From: Haliotis rufescens
Lineage: Eukaryota
Length of the DNA stretch: 64,000 nucleotides
Direction: 5' to 3'
NCBI RefSeq assembly: GCF_023055435.1
Contig: NW_025964035.1
Coordinates: forward strand, 868,001 to 932,000
Made by a program: the position numbers and the translations under genes. Positions 23,601 through 34,494 of this stretch are shown one piece after another. The stretch's first letter is position 1, and every line of letters begins with the position of its first letter. The notes beneath the pieces were generated by a model. That model was given only the letters and a program-made list of their open reading frames with translations, made no database searches and was not told the origin of the DNA.

Positions 23601-26600
23601 TATTACCAACATTACCACAAATATATTTCGCGATAAATTTCGACTTAGTGACATTCATAATAAAACCCTGTTCCACAAATCGATCTTTGTGCTAGGACTC
23701 TCGTAACTCCCATACTGTAACACAGACTTACGACATTCGTAGCGTAAAATCAGTTTGAGGAACGGCCCTGATATTATTTAATTCCTGAAGCTCAAACATC
23801 AAGATCCGGTAAATGGGGATACTCACGTGGCAATGTGGCTCTGAGTTGTTTTTCTGAAACAGAAATGGCATGTTCAATTTTCGAAATTTTACCAGGTACT
23901 TTTAGATGCGTCATTTGTGGTCCAGTATTTTTTAAATTAAAGAAAACGAATCTGTAAACACTTCATAATGAAGTCCGATATGCTCTTCAAGAAATATAAA
24001 AGAACACCCCTCACCAACTTACCTAAATTCCAGCACATGCCTATACAAAGGAAAATGATAATACGTTAGCATAATTCATACATGTTTCAAATTTGAAATG
24101 TCAGAAAAAATGTAGATTAGCTATGTTTGAGAATGAATCACATACTTCAATTGTCCTCCAGATAATTGAACATTCACAATTAGTCGAATTTCTTCCTCTG
24201 ATTAACATATTATTATAACTGTATTTCTTAAATGATTCAGAACAAAACAAATGTATATCTAATAATTTTTAATCAAATATATTTTTGTGGATATACTTAC
24301 CGTCTAGGGCAAACGGGTTCTCTGAAAACGCAATAAAATGTGATTAAACATGAGACTCCTTGACAACATATGTATGTTATTATATAAACCTAACCTGTGT
24401 GAATACATGTAATTCTGTACAACTTATCAACAGCTTTGTCGACATTTCACCTTAACAGACCTACAAATCATTATGTTTTCGTGAGTAAATGGAGTTACGT
24501 AATAAAATCTGATCCTGGCATGTTCGTTGTCCATATTGAAGATATGTCCATATTTGGTCATACATGTAGGACAAAATTAAACAGCAAAGTTTTTTTTGTG
24601 AATTTATTAAACTTGATATATTTATGATTTCCACTGCGGTGATTGATCACGTACCCCCCGGGTCACCCAACAGATGAGGAGGTATGCCTCCGACTCCGCC
24701 CAGTAAACCGGCCCCGCCCACTGTTCCAGCCCCGCCCATTCCACCGGCTCCAGCCATTCCTCCCGCAGCCGCCATTCCAGCTGATGCCGCTTGACCTGTA
24801 GGATAACAAGATCATTCTTTCAAGTACGTTTTTGTCAAAAACTATATTCCAGGTCAAACATATCCCTTCATAGTTGTAAATATAACGCTATTGACTTTTT
24901 GCCATAAAGGAGCCACGAGTGGTCCAGTCCTCTAATGCACCGCATTTCGCTGTAAAGAGTTGCTTCCCAGGGTGCGTTGCTAAAAGCCAATCGCTTGCAA
25001 GCGATGTACAGCGATTCGCCTTACAATGGTACGCTAACTTCCAGCCGCTTGCAATTGCAACAATCGCTGGCAAAATCGCTTCGTTCTCAAACCAAAATGG
25101 CGGCTGAGTTTGACAGCGGAACAAGAAATTCTTGCCTGGATTAGTTTGGAAATTGGCAGCTCACATCGCACCTTCCTTAGTCCGCTCTACATCTTCAAAG
25201 TAGTCATAAATTCATCGAGCGACTTTTATTACGTTCTTCATTTGGGCAAGGCAACCAAGCGGTAGTTCCGCCGCCATTTTGGAAAAGTGCGTAAGCACGG
25301 GGGTGAGCTAAATTTGCTTACTCCAAGCGATTCGTTGCTTGTAACGCGCCCCAAGTGTCTTGAGTGTAAGGAGTAAAGCTAACCAAATCAACTGACAGAG
25401 ACTGGTGATGCCATTGTGATGTCACTGGAACCGATTACGTCATAATAATCTCCAAGCACAGTGATGCAATTTAATTGTTGCAATATCTCCCAGTTTGGTT
25501 AATTGCACGTCATCGTAGCACAACGATCCTCATAATATCAATCACGGGTTTGTCTAGCCTCGACCATGGTGTGGGCTAACAAACAAAACAAACAAACCTT
25601 TCCTTTAGCTTACCTGGAGGAGGAGCCATTTGGGAGAAACATAATCCTGAAACACAGCGAATACATCATAGTAATTTGCTGGTAAACCAGAATGAGACAA
25701 CACAAAATGTGATTTGGGTAAAAACACAAAACAGATCAGAAATGCATCAATAATATCTATCTGTATATTTCAATGTGGTATGCATGTGTTGCCATCGGGC
25801 CATTTATATCATCGTTAAACTGCCGGGCAGAAGAAAGTATACACCCATGTTTTGTGGTGGCTAATGATGAAAGAATGGTTAATCGATGGTGATATAGTTG
25901 ATAAGGGTATCATATTTCTGTTTTGGAGTGTGTAGTAGCTCGGCGACTGTTTGCAACAGAGTAACGTTTCGATAACGTTTTGTATTTTTTTTTAAACTGC
26001 AAATGTTTATTTCTTTTTCCCGATAGATGAGTTCAATCATTCGATACAACTCATAAAGTTGTTTAATTCATACAATCATAAAGTGTCCGTGTTATAAGTG
26101 AAATTAGACTGAGACACACACAAAACGTTTGTTTAACGTTAACATGAGTATCACTCTGGTTCCAAGTTTCAGTCAAGATCGTGTCTTTGTAACGAGTTGT
26201 TCCTCAGATTCTTTACTCTCCCAATGGTGTTACAAGATCATGGTTTACAGGTATGCGGTACATTACACTGCATTATCGCATCTTGTTCTTAATGATACTC
26301 AAGTTATTGTACTGTCCTTTCCTGACGGGTATTTTAGAAAGTGTACACATATTTCGGATGCATGTTTAAATTGTTGTTGTCACGATATTGCTGAATTACT
26401 GCCGATGTAACTTTAAATCTTAACACACTCACTCACTTCTAATGATACACGCAGTGTATCCTAATACTGATCAAAGCAGCGATAAACCCAACACATTCAC
26501 TCACTCACTCACTTTATGATACGGTGCATAATTGGAAAGAAATGGACTAATTTTCTAGTTCTAGTTCTACCGCCCGCAGTAGATTTTTGTATGTCTTTTC

Positions 26601-27875
26601 GAGTAGAAATAGAAAGGAATATATAGACAGACCTGTACTCATATCAAACATTTAAAAAACCCATCAAAAATACAATCGAAGATGATGTTATTTTAAATTC
26701 TTCTCATCATTACAAATAGGATAAATTAATCCAACTTTAAAAAATAAGCGTGTGGACAATGATGATTTATATTTTTACCAGCAATTAACATGTTGATCTA
26801 AAAGTGAAAGTTGTTTTCTCTAGTAAGAGATATATAGACATTCCACGATGCGTCTGTGAATCCAAATAAGCAAGATATAATATGCCTCCCCCAAAAATGA
26901 TTGAGCGACCATAAGTGCTCTGTAAATTTACAACGTAAACGCTAGACAATAATCAATCTTGATTATCAGCCTAAACAGTAATAATCAAAATAGCGGTAAA
27001 AATTGAATGGAACACTCAAAATCTGTGATAACACCACGTGTCCAATAAAATGGTAAGCATGTCCCTCCCTACCGATAGCACCCGCCTCTCACACAATTTG
27101 CATGATAAAATGTATATGTTTGTAGCTTGACGCCGGACATTAGTGCTCGTACGCGACGGCGGCCTGAGAACAAACCAAACAATCAAGCGACCGATGGACC
27201 ACACAATCAAGTGACCGATGGACCACACCATCAAGTGACCGATGGACCACACAATCAAGTGACCGATGGACCACACCATCAAATGACCGATGGACCACAC
27301 CATCAAGTGACCGATGGACCACACAATCAAGTGACCGATGGACCACATAATCAAGTGACCGATGGACCATACAATCAAGTTGGTTGGTTGGTTTGTTGTT
27401 TAACGCCGCACTCAGCAATATTCCAGCTATATGACGGCGGTCTGTAAATAATCGAGTCTGGACCAGACAATCCAGTGATTGATATCATTAGCATCGATCC
27501 ACCCAATTGGGATCGATGACATGCATCAACCAAGTCAGCGAGCCTGACCACCCGATCCCGTTAGTCGCCTTTTACGACAAGCATAGTCGCCTTTTACGGC
27601 AAGCATGGGTTGCTGGAGACCTATTCTACCCCGGAATCTTCACGGGTCCACAATCAAGTGACACAATAGCGCAAACCCAGAATAGAGAAGACGGAATTGT
27701 CAAGTGCGTGTACATTCTTCCCGAAAATGGCGCACGAGTGTAAGCTGAACGCCCTATATGGTACATGCAAGTCCTTGTCATAAAGCTGACCTGGCAGGAA
27801 CTAAAACGGCTGGTCAGAACAACGTGACAAGCCACACCTACCTGTAAGTGTGAATAGGAAACAGGCAGTGAACAT
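10933..27875 (-). CDS. Gene B: secreted ~1375-aa repetitive low-complexity (Gly/Met/Pro/Ser/His-rich) protein. Coding exons 27842-27875, 25614-25646, 24655-24795, 24301-24321, 24023-24040, 23827-23853, 23320-23346, 22114-22125, 21693-21722, 19360-19419, 19058-19087, 16899-16922, 10933-14603
   Basis: All 12 introns are GT-AG and phase 1. Internal exons of 33,141,21,18,27,27,12,30,60,30,24 nt are all multiples of 3. Spliced N-terminus: MFTACFLFTLTGLCFS-QMAPPPGQAASAGMAAAGGMAGAGGMGGAGTVGGAGLLGGVGGIPPHLLGDPGENPFALDGMCWNLEKQLRATLPPNTSPKEMMGGGEIPSTGGGNIACFIRNAKKKAGKMKVMNAELATAVADRVADAGCRIPCFDATTGMWAQPPPGM..., which joins in frame to the 1218-aa ORF. There is an in-frame stop upstream of the ATG. Confidence 0.8.
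14857..16785. repeat. 19-bp minisatellite (ggaggttcatacatagag[t/c])n, ~100 units
   Basis: Direct inspection; lies in the last intron of gene B. Confidence 0.97.
17162..17525. other. Assembly gap (N run) next to a (GT)n microsatellite
   Basis: N run. Confidence 1.
17790..18805. repeat. Degenerate ~27-bp AT-rich minisatellite (gagtaattatttatgtattgcgtgtga)n
   Basis: Direct inspection. Confidence 0.9.
19460..19890. repeat. 25-bp minisatellite (aacacactcatacctgtagtttaag)n
   Basis: ~17 units. Confidence 0.92.
21023..21366 (-). mobile_element. SINE family 3
   Basis: TSD-like aatt.tggacagg. Confidence 0.88.
24655..24795 (-). CDS. Gene B exon 3 (Gly/Ala/Met-rich)
   Basis: Acceptor gttatcctacag, donor gtacgt, 141 nt; GC-rich coding-like island in AT-rich DNA. 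Confidence 0.8.
24970..25352. mobile_element. Probable old MITE
   Basis: Imperfect inverted ends gggtgcgttgc...aatcgcttg / caagcgatt...gtaacgcgcccc. Confidence 0.5.
27180..27380. repeat. 24-bp minisatellite (aatcaagtgaccgatggaccacac)n
   Basis: ~8 units, followed by a SINE insertion with the acaatcaagt duplication. Confidence 0.95.
27380..27648 (-). mobile_element. SINE family 4
   Basis: Full length, TSD acaatcaagt. Confidence 0.9.
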
Positions 27876-28369
27876 ATTGGTGATCAGCTTCACTAGTCCC
27901 AGGTCACACGGCGCTCGCTACCATGATACTGACACAACCCACGTGTCTCATTGGAAGACATAGAACACACCTTGAACCATCTACTTACAATAGACCATTA
28001 TATGAACAACTGAAATCTACAAGCTCCACCGATACATTAGAGGATATTGACAAATGGATGAGTTTTGATAAAACATATTTCATGTTAATTACTGGCATTG
28101 TTGTCATATATTACGGTCGACAGCAAAACGCAATTAAAGTGTCATGCAGTCGTGTTGAACTCTGTCACGAGGATTGTCTTCTTGCGTCGTAGCCGCAGCC
28201 GTTTCCGGTGTGACCAGGTTAGGCGAGACGAGATTGTCACTTCGTGAAATGTGACTATGCTATTTCCGTCAGGTGGAAGAAGAGGTGTTTTCTGTAGTTC
28301 ATTCTAAAAATAACATATAATTTGAAGAAGTCTTCGACATATACCTGTTGAAGACCCCGAGATCACTTT

Positions 28370-28520
28370 GAGTGAGTGAGTGAGTGAGTATGGTTTTACG
28401 CCGCTTTTAGCAATATTCCAGCAATATCACGGCGGGGGACACAAGAAATGGGCTTCACACATTGTACCCATGTCGGCGTGACGAGCGAACGCTTTAACCA
28501 CTAGGCTACCCGACCGCCCC
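28370..28520 (-). mobile_element. SINE family 1 (internal deletion)
   Basis: TSD gagatcactttgagtg. Confidence 0.88.
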
Positions 28521-29350
28521 GAGATCACTTTGAGTGTAATCAGCTATAGTTCATATATTGATCACATTCATTGATACACGCAAGGATCCTGGAATTACTT
28601 CCGGCTGAATGTGCCAAAGCGCAGGATTGCACAAAGAAAGTATGCTAGCAGGCTTAAACCTAATCGCCGTTTAACAGACGAGAATGATGGTACATCACAA
28701 ACACATGCAAAGGCAAGTCAATTGTTCAAACAATTGAAAAAACACGTGAACATATGGCACAAATCAATATAGGGAATTACACCTGACATCATTTCTGTGA
28801 CTGATTTGGAAATGTCCTCCTCATGTCTCCATAAAATCTTTTGAAAGGTTTACTTGGTCATTGTGTGTTGTAACCTTGATCAAACAACTTTTGAGCAAGA
28901 GAAGCATAAGGGAATGAGGAGACATTGTTGCATTGTAATAGTCATAATTGCGACATAATACATGACAGTAGCGCACAGTGGCAAGCAATAGGCACATGCA
29001 CAAACTACCAATAGAAACAGGCCGATGGGAAATTCTATCACGAGAACAAATGATATGTATATTGTGTGACTGCCAAGTAATTGGTGACGAGTTCCATTAT
29101 GTATTCAACTGTAATTCCTCTTTAACCTTACGCGCTGAATGAGTTAATGAATACTACACCCACTGGCTAAACTTAAGTAGATATCGTAAACTGTTCACAA
29201 ATGGTAAAGCAGGTACCTTAAAATAAAACTCTCAAAGGTCCTCAGACATTTGAATGCTATACTGTGACGTATGCTACACTATATGCCATCAAGCTGTATA
29301 CCTATTACTGTAGGTTTTTGTTGTTGTACAACCCATGTACCACCGATGGT

Positions 29351-29777
29351 NNNNNNNNNNNNNNNNNNNNNNNNNNNNNNNNNNNNNNNNNNNNNNNNNN
29401 NNNNNNNNNNNNNNNNNNNNNNNNNNNNNNNNNNNNNNNNNNNNNNNNNNNNNNNNNNNNNNNNNNNNNNNNNNNNNNNNNNNNNNNNNNNNNNNNNNNN
29501 NNNNNNNNNNNNNNNNNNNNNNNNNNNNNNNNNNNNNNNNNNNNNNNNNNNNNNNNNNNNNNNNNNNNNNNNNNNNNNNNNNNNNNNNNNNNNNNNNNNN
29601 NNNNNNNNNNNNNNNNNNNNNNNNNNNNNNNNNNNNNNNNNNNNNNNNNNNNNNNNNNNNNNNNNNNNNNNNNNNNNNNNNNNNNNNNNNNNNNNNNNNN
29701 NNNNNNNNNNNNNNNNNNNNNNNNNNNNNNNNNNNNNNNNNNNNNNNNNNNNNNNNNNNNNNNNNNNNNNNNNNNNN
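29351..29777. other. Assembly gap (N run)
   Basis: N run. Confidence 1.
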
Positions 29778-30749
29778 GACCCTGACAAGTTGCACATCGG
29801 TAAAGTGTAAATGTGGCAGAGACGTAATGGACGTAAAAACGACAGGTCGTGAGAGCAAGCAGATCGGGGGTTTTCATGTTAATTATTAATTGTAAGATCC
29901 AATATTTTATCTGTAAATTTATTTAATTAACTGTGAGTGTTATATTGAGATAACATACCCAAGCATACCGCTGAGATCGTCACACTGTGGCATGGTATTG
30001 TCAGTGCAATAACCTTGAACGCTAAACGTTAAACCTCATTTCTCCCCACCTCATTTCACTATATGAATGAGTTTATTACCACTTTGAATAGTTAAATCAC
30101 GGCGTGGCGGCTAAGAGCATGAGGAAATCCGAAAGAAATCATATGATCTGCTATTTCATATTGATGAGTTGCAGTATGTACCTATGTCGAGCATAATTCG
30201 TTATTTGATGGTGGTAATTTGTGTTTGGTTGAAGCAAGGAGATGGTATCAAATATATGATTTAGTAATTGAGTAGGTGACTTGAGTTTAACGCCGCTTTT
30301 GACAGTATCCCAGGCGTAACACGGTGTAACACGACGAATTAGCTTAATGTGGGAAAAAAGACGAAATGATGCGGATCTCAGACGTTTACCACTTTGGTGA
30401 AACCCACGCACGAGTATGGTGCTGACAAACCTAGAAACATAATTGGGGCGACCGGGATTCGAACCCATAGGTCCTGGCGTCCCCATGCAACGCCAAGAGT
30501 CGCAACTCTTCACAGCGAATTGCAGCACCTTTGACTACTGGGCCACCCATGCTCCCGTATGAGTCAACAGGACACGACTTCTGTATACTTTTTCATGAAA
30601 GATACGCAACTTGAATAATAGCTCTCATTACGAAATTTATGATCGTGTCTATACTCATAGGGGTTGTTCAATAACTAGACAATCCGTGACGGAAAATATT
30701 TTTTTTAATTTGAACTTTTCCTTTGGACGAAAGGCCGGTCACTTGACCT

Positions 30750-31017
30750 GGGTTGGTTGGTTGGTTTGTTGTTTAACGCCGCACTCAGCAATATTCCAGC
30801 TATATGACGGCGGTCTGGAAATAATCGAGTCTAGACCAGACAATCCAGTGATAAATATCATGAGCATCGATCCACGCAATTGGGATCGATGACATGCATC
30901 AACCAAGTCAGCGAGCCTGACCACCCGATCCCATTAATCGCCTTTTACGACAAGCATAGTTACCTTTTACGGCAAGCATGGGTTGCTGAAGACCTATTCT
31001 ACCCCGGAATCTTCTGG
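30750..31017 (-). mobile_element. SINE family 4
   Basis: Near full-length copy. Confidence 0.88.
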
Positions 31018-31662
31018 GAATTCCCTTGCGCTGATGCACACTGAAGCGTTGATCATTTAGGCCTTCTGATCTTGAACTCAGCGTTCTGGTATACATTTTG
31101 AAACGTCAGAGAGTTCGACTGCATGATCGTTCACGAATATCCTCGCTACGACCCATCCTAGTGAACAAAACGAAGAAATGCACATCCAATCTATCGTAGT
31201 ATCGACTCGATCTGTGTCTAGGCTGACACTGACAGTCTACAGCAATCTATGATTTTACCTTAGTGTCTATTTGACACATCTTCCTTCACCTCTCACTGAT
31301 CGCCACAGGTTCATTAATAACTTCCGAAATCCCTCCCGTCACGTTTACCGTTTTCGGCCATTTTGACGTCTTGTACTTGATGTAAATGTATTACGACGCG
31401 CTGTCATTGTGACTTACTTGCTGAGGTAGTTCTTAACATACCTTTCTCATATAATGGTGATGTTATTTGAATACATGTGTTAGATGTTTCTGAAGAGCAA
31501 GTTGAGCTATATTCGCTCTCTTTTTCAGGAACTATTTTATTCCGCGATACAGCTGGTCGTCGTATGGCTGTCTGTGAAAGCATGAATTCACACGTACGAA
31601 ATAAAATTGTGTATAGATCTAAGCCTACATCCTTAGGGGTAACCAAAATTGATAAAAGATGA

Positions 31663-31813
31663 TAAGAATCGACTTTCACGTTGTGTGAGTTCCTTGGTGT
31701 ATGAACCTTCATAGAGTGAGGTCCAAAGTAAGCGCAAACGTTCATAGAGTTGGCCCTCACTCTATGAAGGTTCATACTCCAATGAACTCACACAAAGTGA
31801 AAGTCAATTCTTA
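31663..31813. mobile_element. Palindromic MITE (~59-bp arms)
   Basis: taagaatcgactttcac...catagagtgagg and its near-perfect reverse complement. Confidence 0.8.
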
Positions 31814-34094
31814 ATGAGATGTAGATTGAGTTTATCACATCCGGCGGTTAATATCATATTCTCATAGATCAGGCTACGAGTATGCCCGTTAAGTGGCAGA
31901 AACGTTGAAGTTCAATAACATTGTCTGCTGTTTTGTCCGACATGCACGCAGGATATTCACTCACAAATATATGCACGTAACAACCATCAACGTCTTCAAC
32001 AAAACACTGATGTTGTTAACGCGCAATACAGAATTTGTTTCAGAATCTAAGATATGAAATGTATGTGTGTATCTCCTGTGCTTTATTTATTAATTACTTT
32101 GCAAATATCCAATGTGCACTGATGAAACGTTACGTTAAAACTTGGGGATCATGAAATATAAATGTTATGATCGATTGTCAGAAGTTCAGTGTAAGATCAT
32201 CTGTGACAAATGACTGACAGAGGTTGAACGATTTCAGAACCAAAAGTTATCGCCCCAACACACCCGAAACATTGCATGTGAACCATGTTATTTCTCCGTA
32301 TTGGGAATGCGTCGACTACGTGATGAACCCCTAAGGGCTATTAGCATGCCTGTAACTGGTAGAAATCAGCGAGAGGGGCCAATATGTTATCTCAGTCGGT
32401 GGTTTGCAGCCCAGTCTGGTTTCTGCAGACACAAGTTAATGATCTGCCCCGCACAGGGGGCCCAAGGTCAAACACACAAGTCCGGGATCGATTGATCAGA
32501 AACCAGGCCTTAAGAACTCGAGATCAAACAGCCAATTAAAACGCTGTTCACTAGCGCGAGGCTACCTGAGTTCTAATTACTGACCAGACGATATGCATGG
32601 GGCTTTTGTGCATGCTCGGCGACCACGTGCTGAACCACCGTTAAAAGATTCAACACATTCTCGCCAGTGGCCATGGTGTTTAGAGCGTAGTGTCGATGGT
32701 CTCGTCTAATGGTTACAGAGGGGTCCACATTCACCCTGGCCTTTCTAGACAGGCGTGTGCGTCTCTGGAACCAACGTTACGGGAAAGTCATTGTGAGACA
32801 CCATGAATGGCATTGGGTCTTTTCATTTATGAAATCATTTGCTATCTGCGAATATCCCCTATTGGCTTGGAAAGTAGATAAAATACTCGACATTTGTCTA
32901 ACTCCAAGCTCCTTTTTCAGTGTTTGTGTTTTTAATATCAGTGCATCAATTTGGAGCTCTGGAACTCGTTTAGAAAAGGAATATATATATAAATATATAT
33001 ATAATAAATATATAATAAATATATAATAAATATATAATAAATATATATATGCATCGCCAAGAGACGCAACTCTGCACAGCGAATTGCAGCACCTTCAACT
33101 ACTGGGCCACCCATGCTTCCATATGAGTCAACTGGACATATACTTTTTCCAGAGGCATTGAATGCTGTAACCTTGATGTGAGAAGTTGTTTGTCGTATGA
33201 CGGTCTTTACCAATTCAACCCTTGAAGATTCCGGGGTAGAATAGGTCTTCAGCAACCCATGCTTGCCGTAAAATGCGACTGTGCTTGTCGTATGAGGCGA
33301 CTAACGGGATCGGGTGGTCAGGCTCGCTGACTGATTGCGTAGATCAATGCTCTTGATACCAAACACTGGATTGTCTGGTCCAGACTCGATTATTTACAGA
33401 ACGCTGTCATATTGCTGGCATATTGCCGAGCGCGGCGTTAAACAACAAAACAAACCGAATACATTCTGTGAATATTATGGACAGGGTGAGGTGAGGTGAG
33501 GTGAGGTTAAATGGGGTTTAACGTCGCGTCCAAGATTATTGCACTTATATAGCGACGTGCATGTACGTGTGTGTGTTTGTTTGGCTGCTTGTATTAGTCC
33601 GGACTGATTCCGATTTATAGTGCTAGCCCACTGAGATACCATGCCGCAGTTTAACATGAATACCCAACTCAGACACAGTATACTGACTCCGAGCCGACCA
33701 GTCCTTGTTTTAGCCCCTTAATGCCGAGCGCCAGACAGGGTAACAACAAGTACCATCTTTTAACGTCTTTTGGTATGACGCGGCCGGGGATCGAATTATC
33801 AGGGCGGGGGACACAAGCAATGGGCTTCACACATTGTAACAATGTGGAGAATCGAACCCGGATCTTTGGCGTAACGAGCGAACGCTTTAAGCACTGGACT
33901 ACCCAACCGCCCCTCAACAACGGAGAAGACGCGTCTGATACTCCTTGTGTTCAGCGCATCTGTCATTCATTCACCTCCCTGTTCACAAACAACACATTGA
34001 CACAAAGAGTTTAAATTTTCTCTTTATAAACAACATGATACATGGGACATGAAGCAAGTTTGACCATCACTGGAAAGTATGTCATAAATATAAG

Positions 34095-34272
34095 TGTTAC
34101 AACCGTTAAACTCTGAAACGTGTTCATAGATAGAATTATTACAACCGTGAGAATCTGAAAAGAATTCATAGTTGCAATTGTTGCAACCGTGAGAATCTGA
34201 AAAGTATTCATAGTTGCAATTGTTACAACCGTGAGAATCTGAAAAGAATTCATAGATAGACTTGTTACAACG
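34095..34272. repeat. ~42-bp tandem repeat downstream of the gene C stop
   Basis: About four copies of acaaccgtgagaatctgaaaagaattcatag... Confidence 0.85.
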
Positions 34273-34494
34273 TGACCCTCTGGAAAGGGGGTTATGTACA
34301 TATTTGTGATATTGTTGACTCCCTGGAAAGGAGGCCATATGTAATTGGTGCATCCTTGACTATCTCGACAGTACGTCGTGCGACGTTGTAAACAATGAAC
34401 ATGCGTCTACATTCACTGTGACAATGTTATGTCTGTTGATTGATTGTACAGGCAGCGTCAACAAGGCCAGGGTGGTAGTTCTACTACCAAAGGT

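Noticed and set aside
27016-27447. ORFs with VWSIGHL or DGPHNQVT repeats
   Set aside because: A 24-bp intronic minisatellite running into a SINE; no splice support.
31442-31489. Isolated 48-nt phase-1 exon-like segment
   Set aside because: Lies between the gene C stop and the gene B start with no partner exons; likely chance.
32115-32150. Hammerhead-ribozyme-like CTGATGA plus short stem
   Set aside because: Has AAAA instead of the required GAAA core, and no clear stems I and III.
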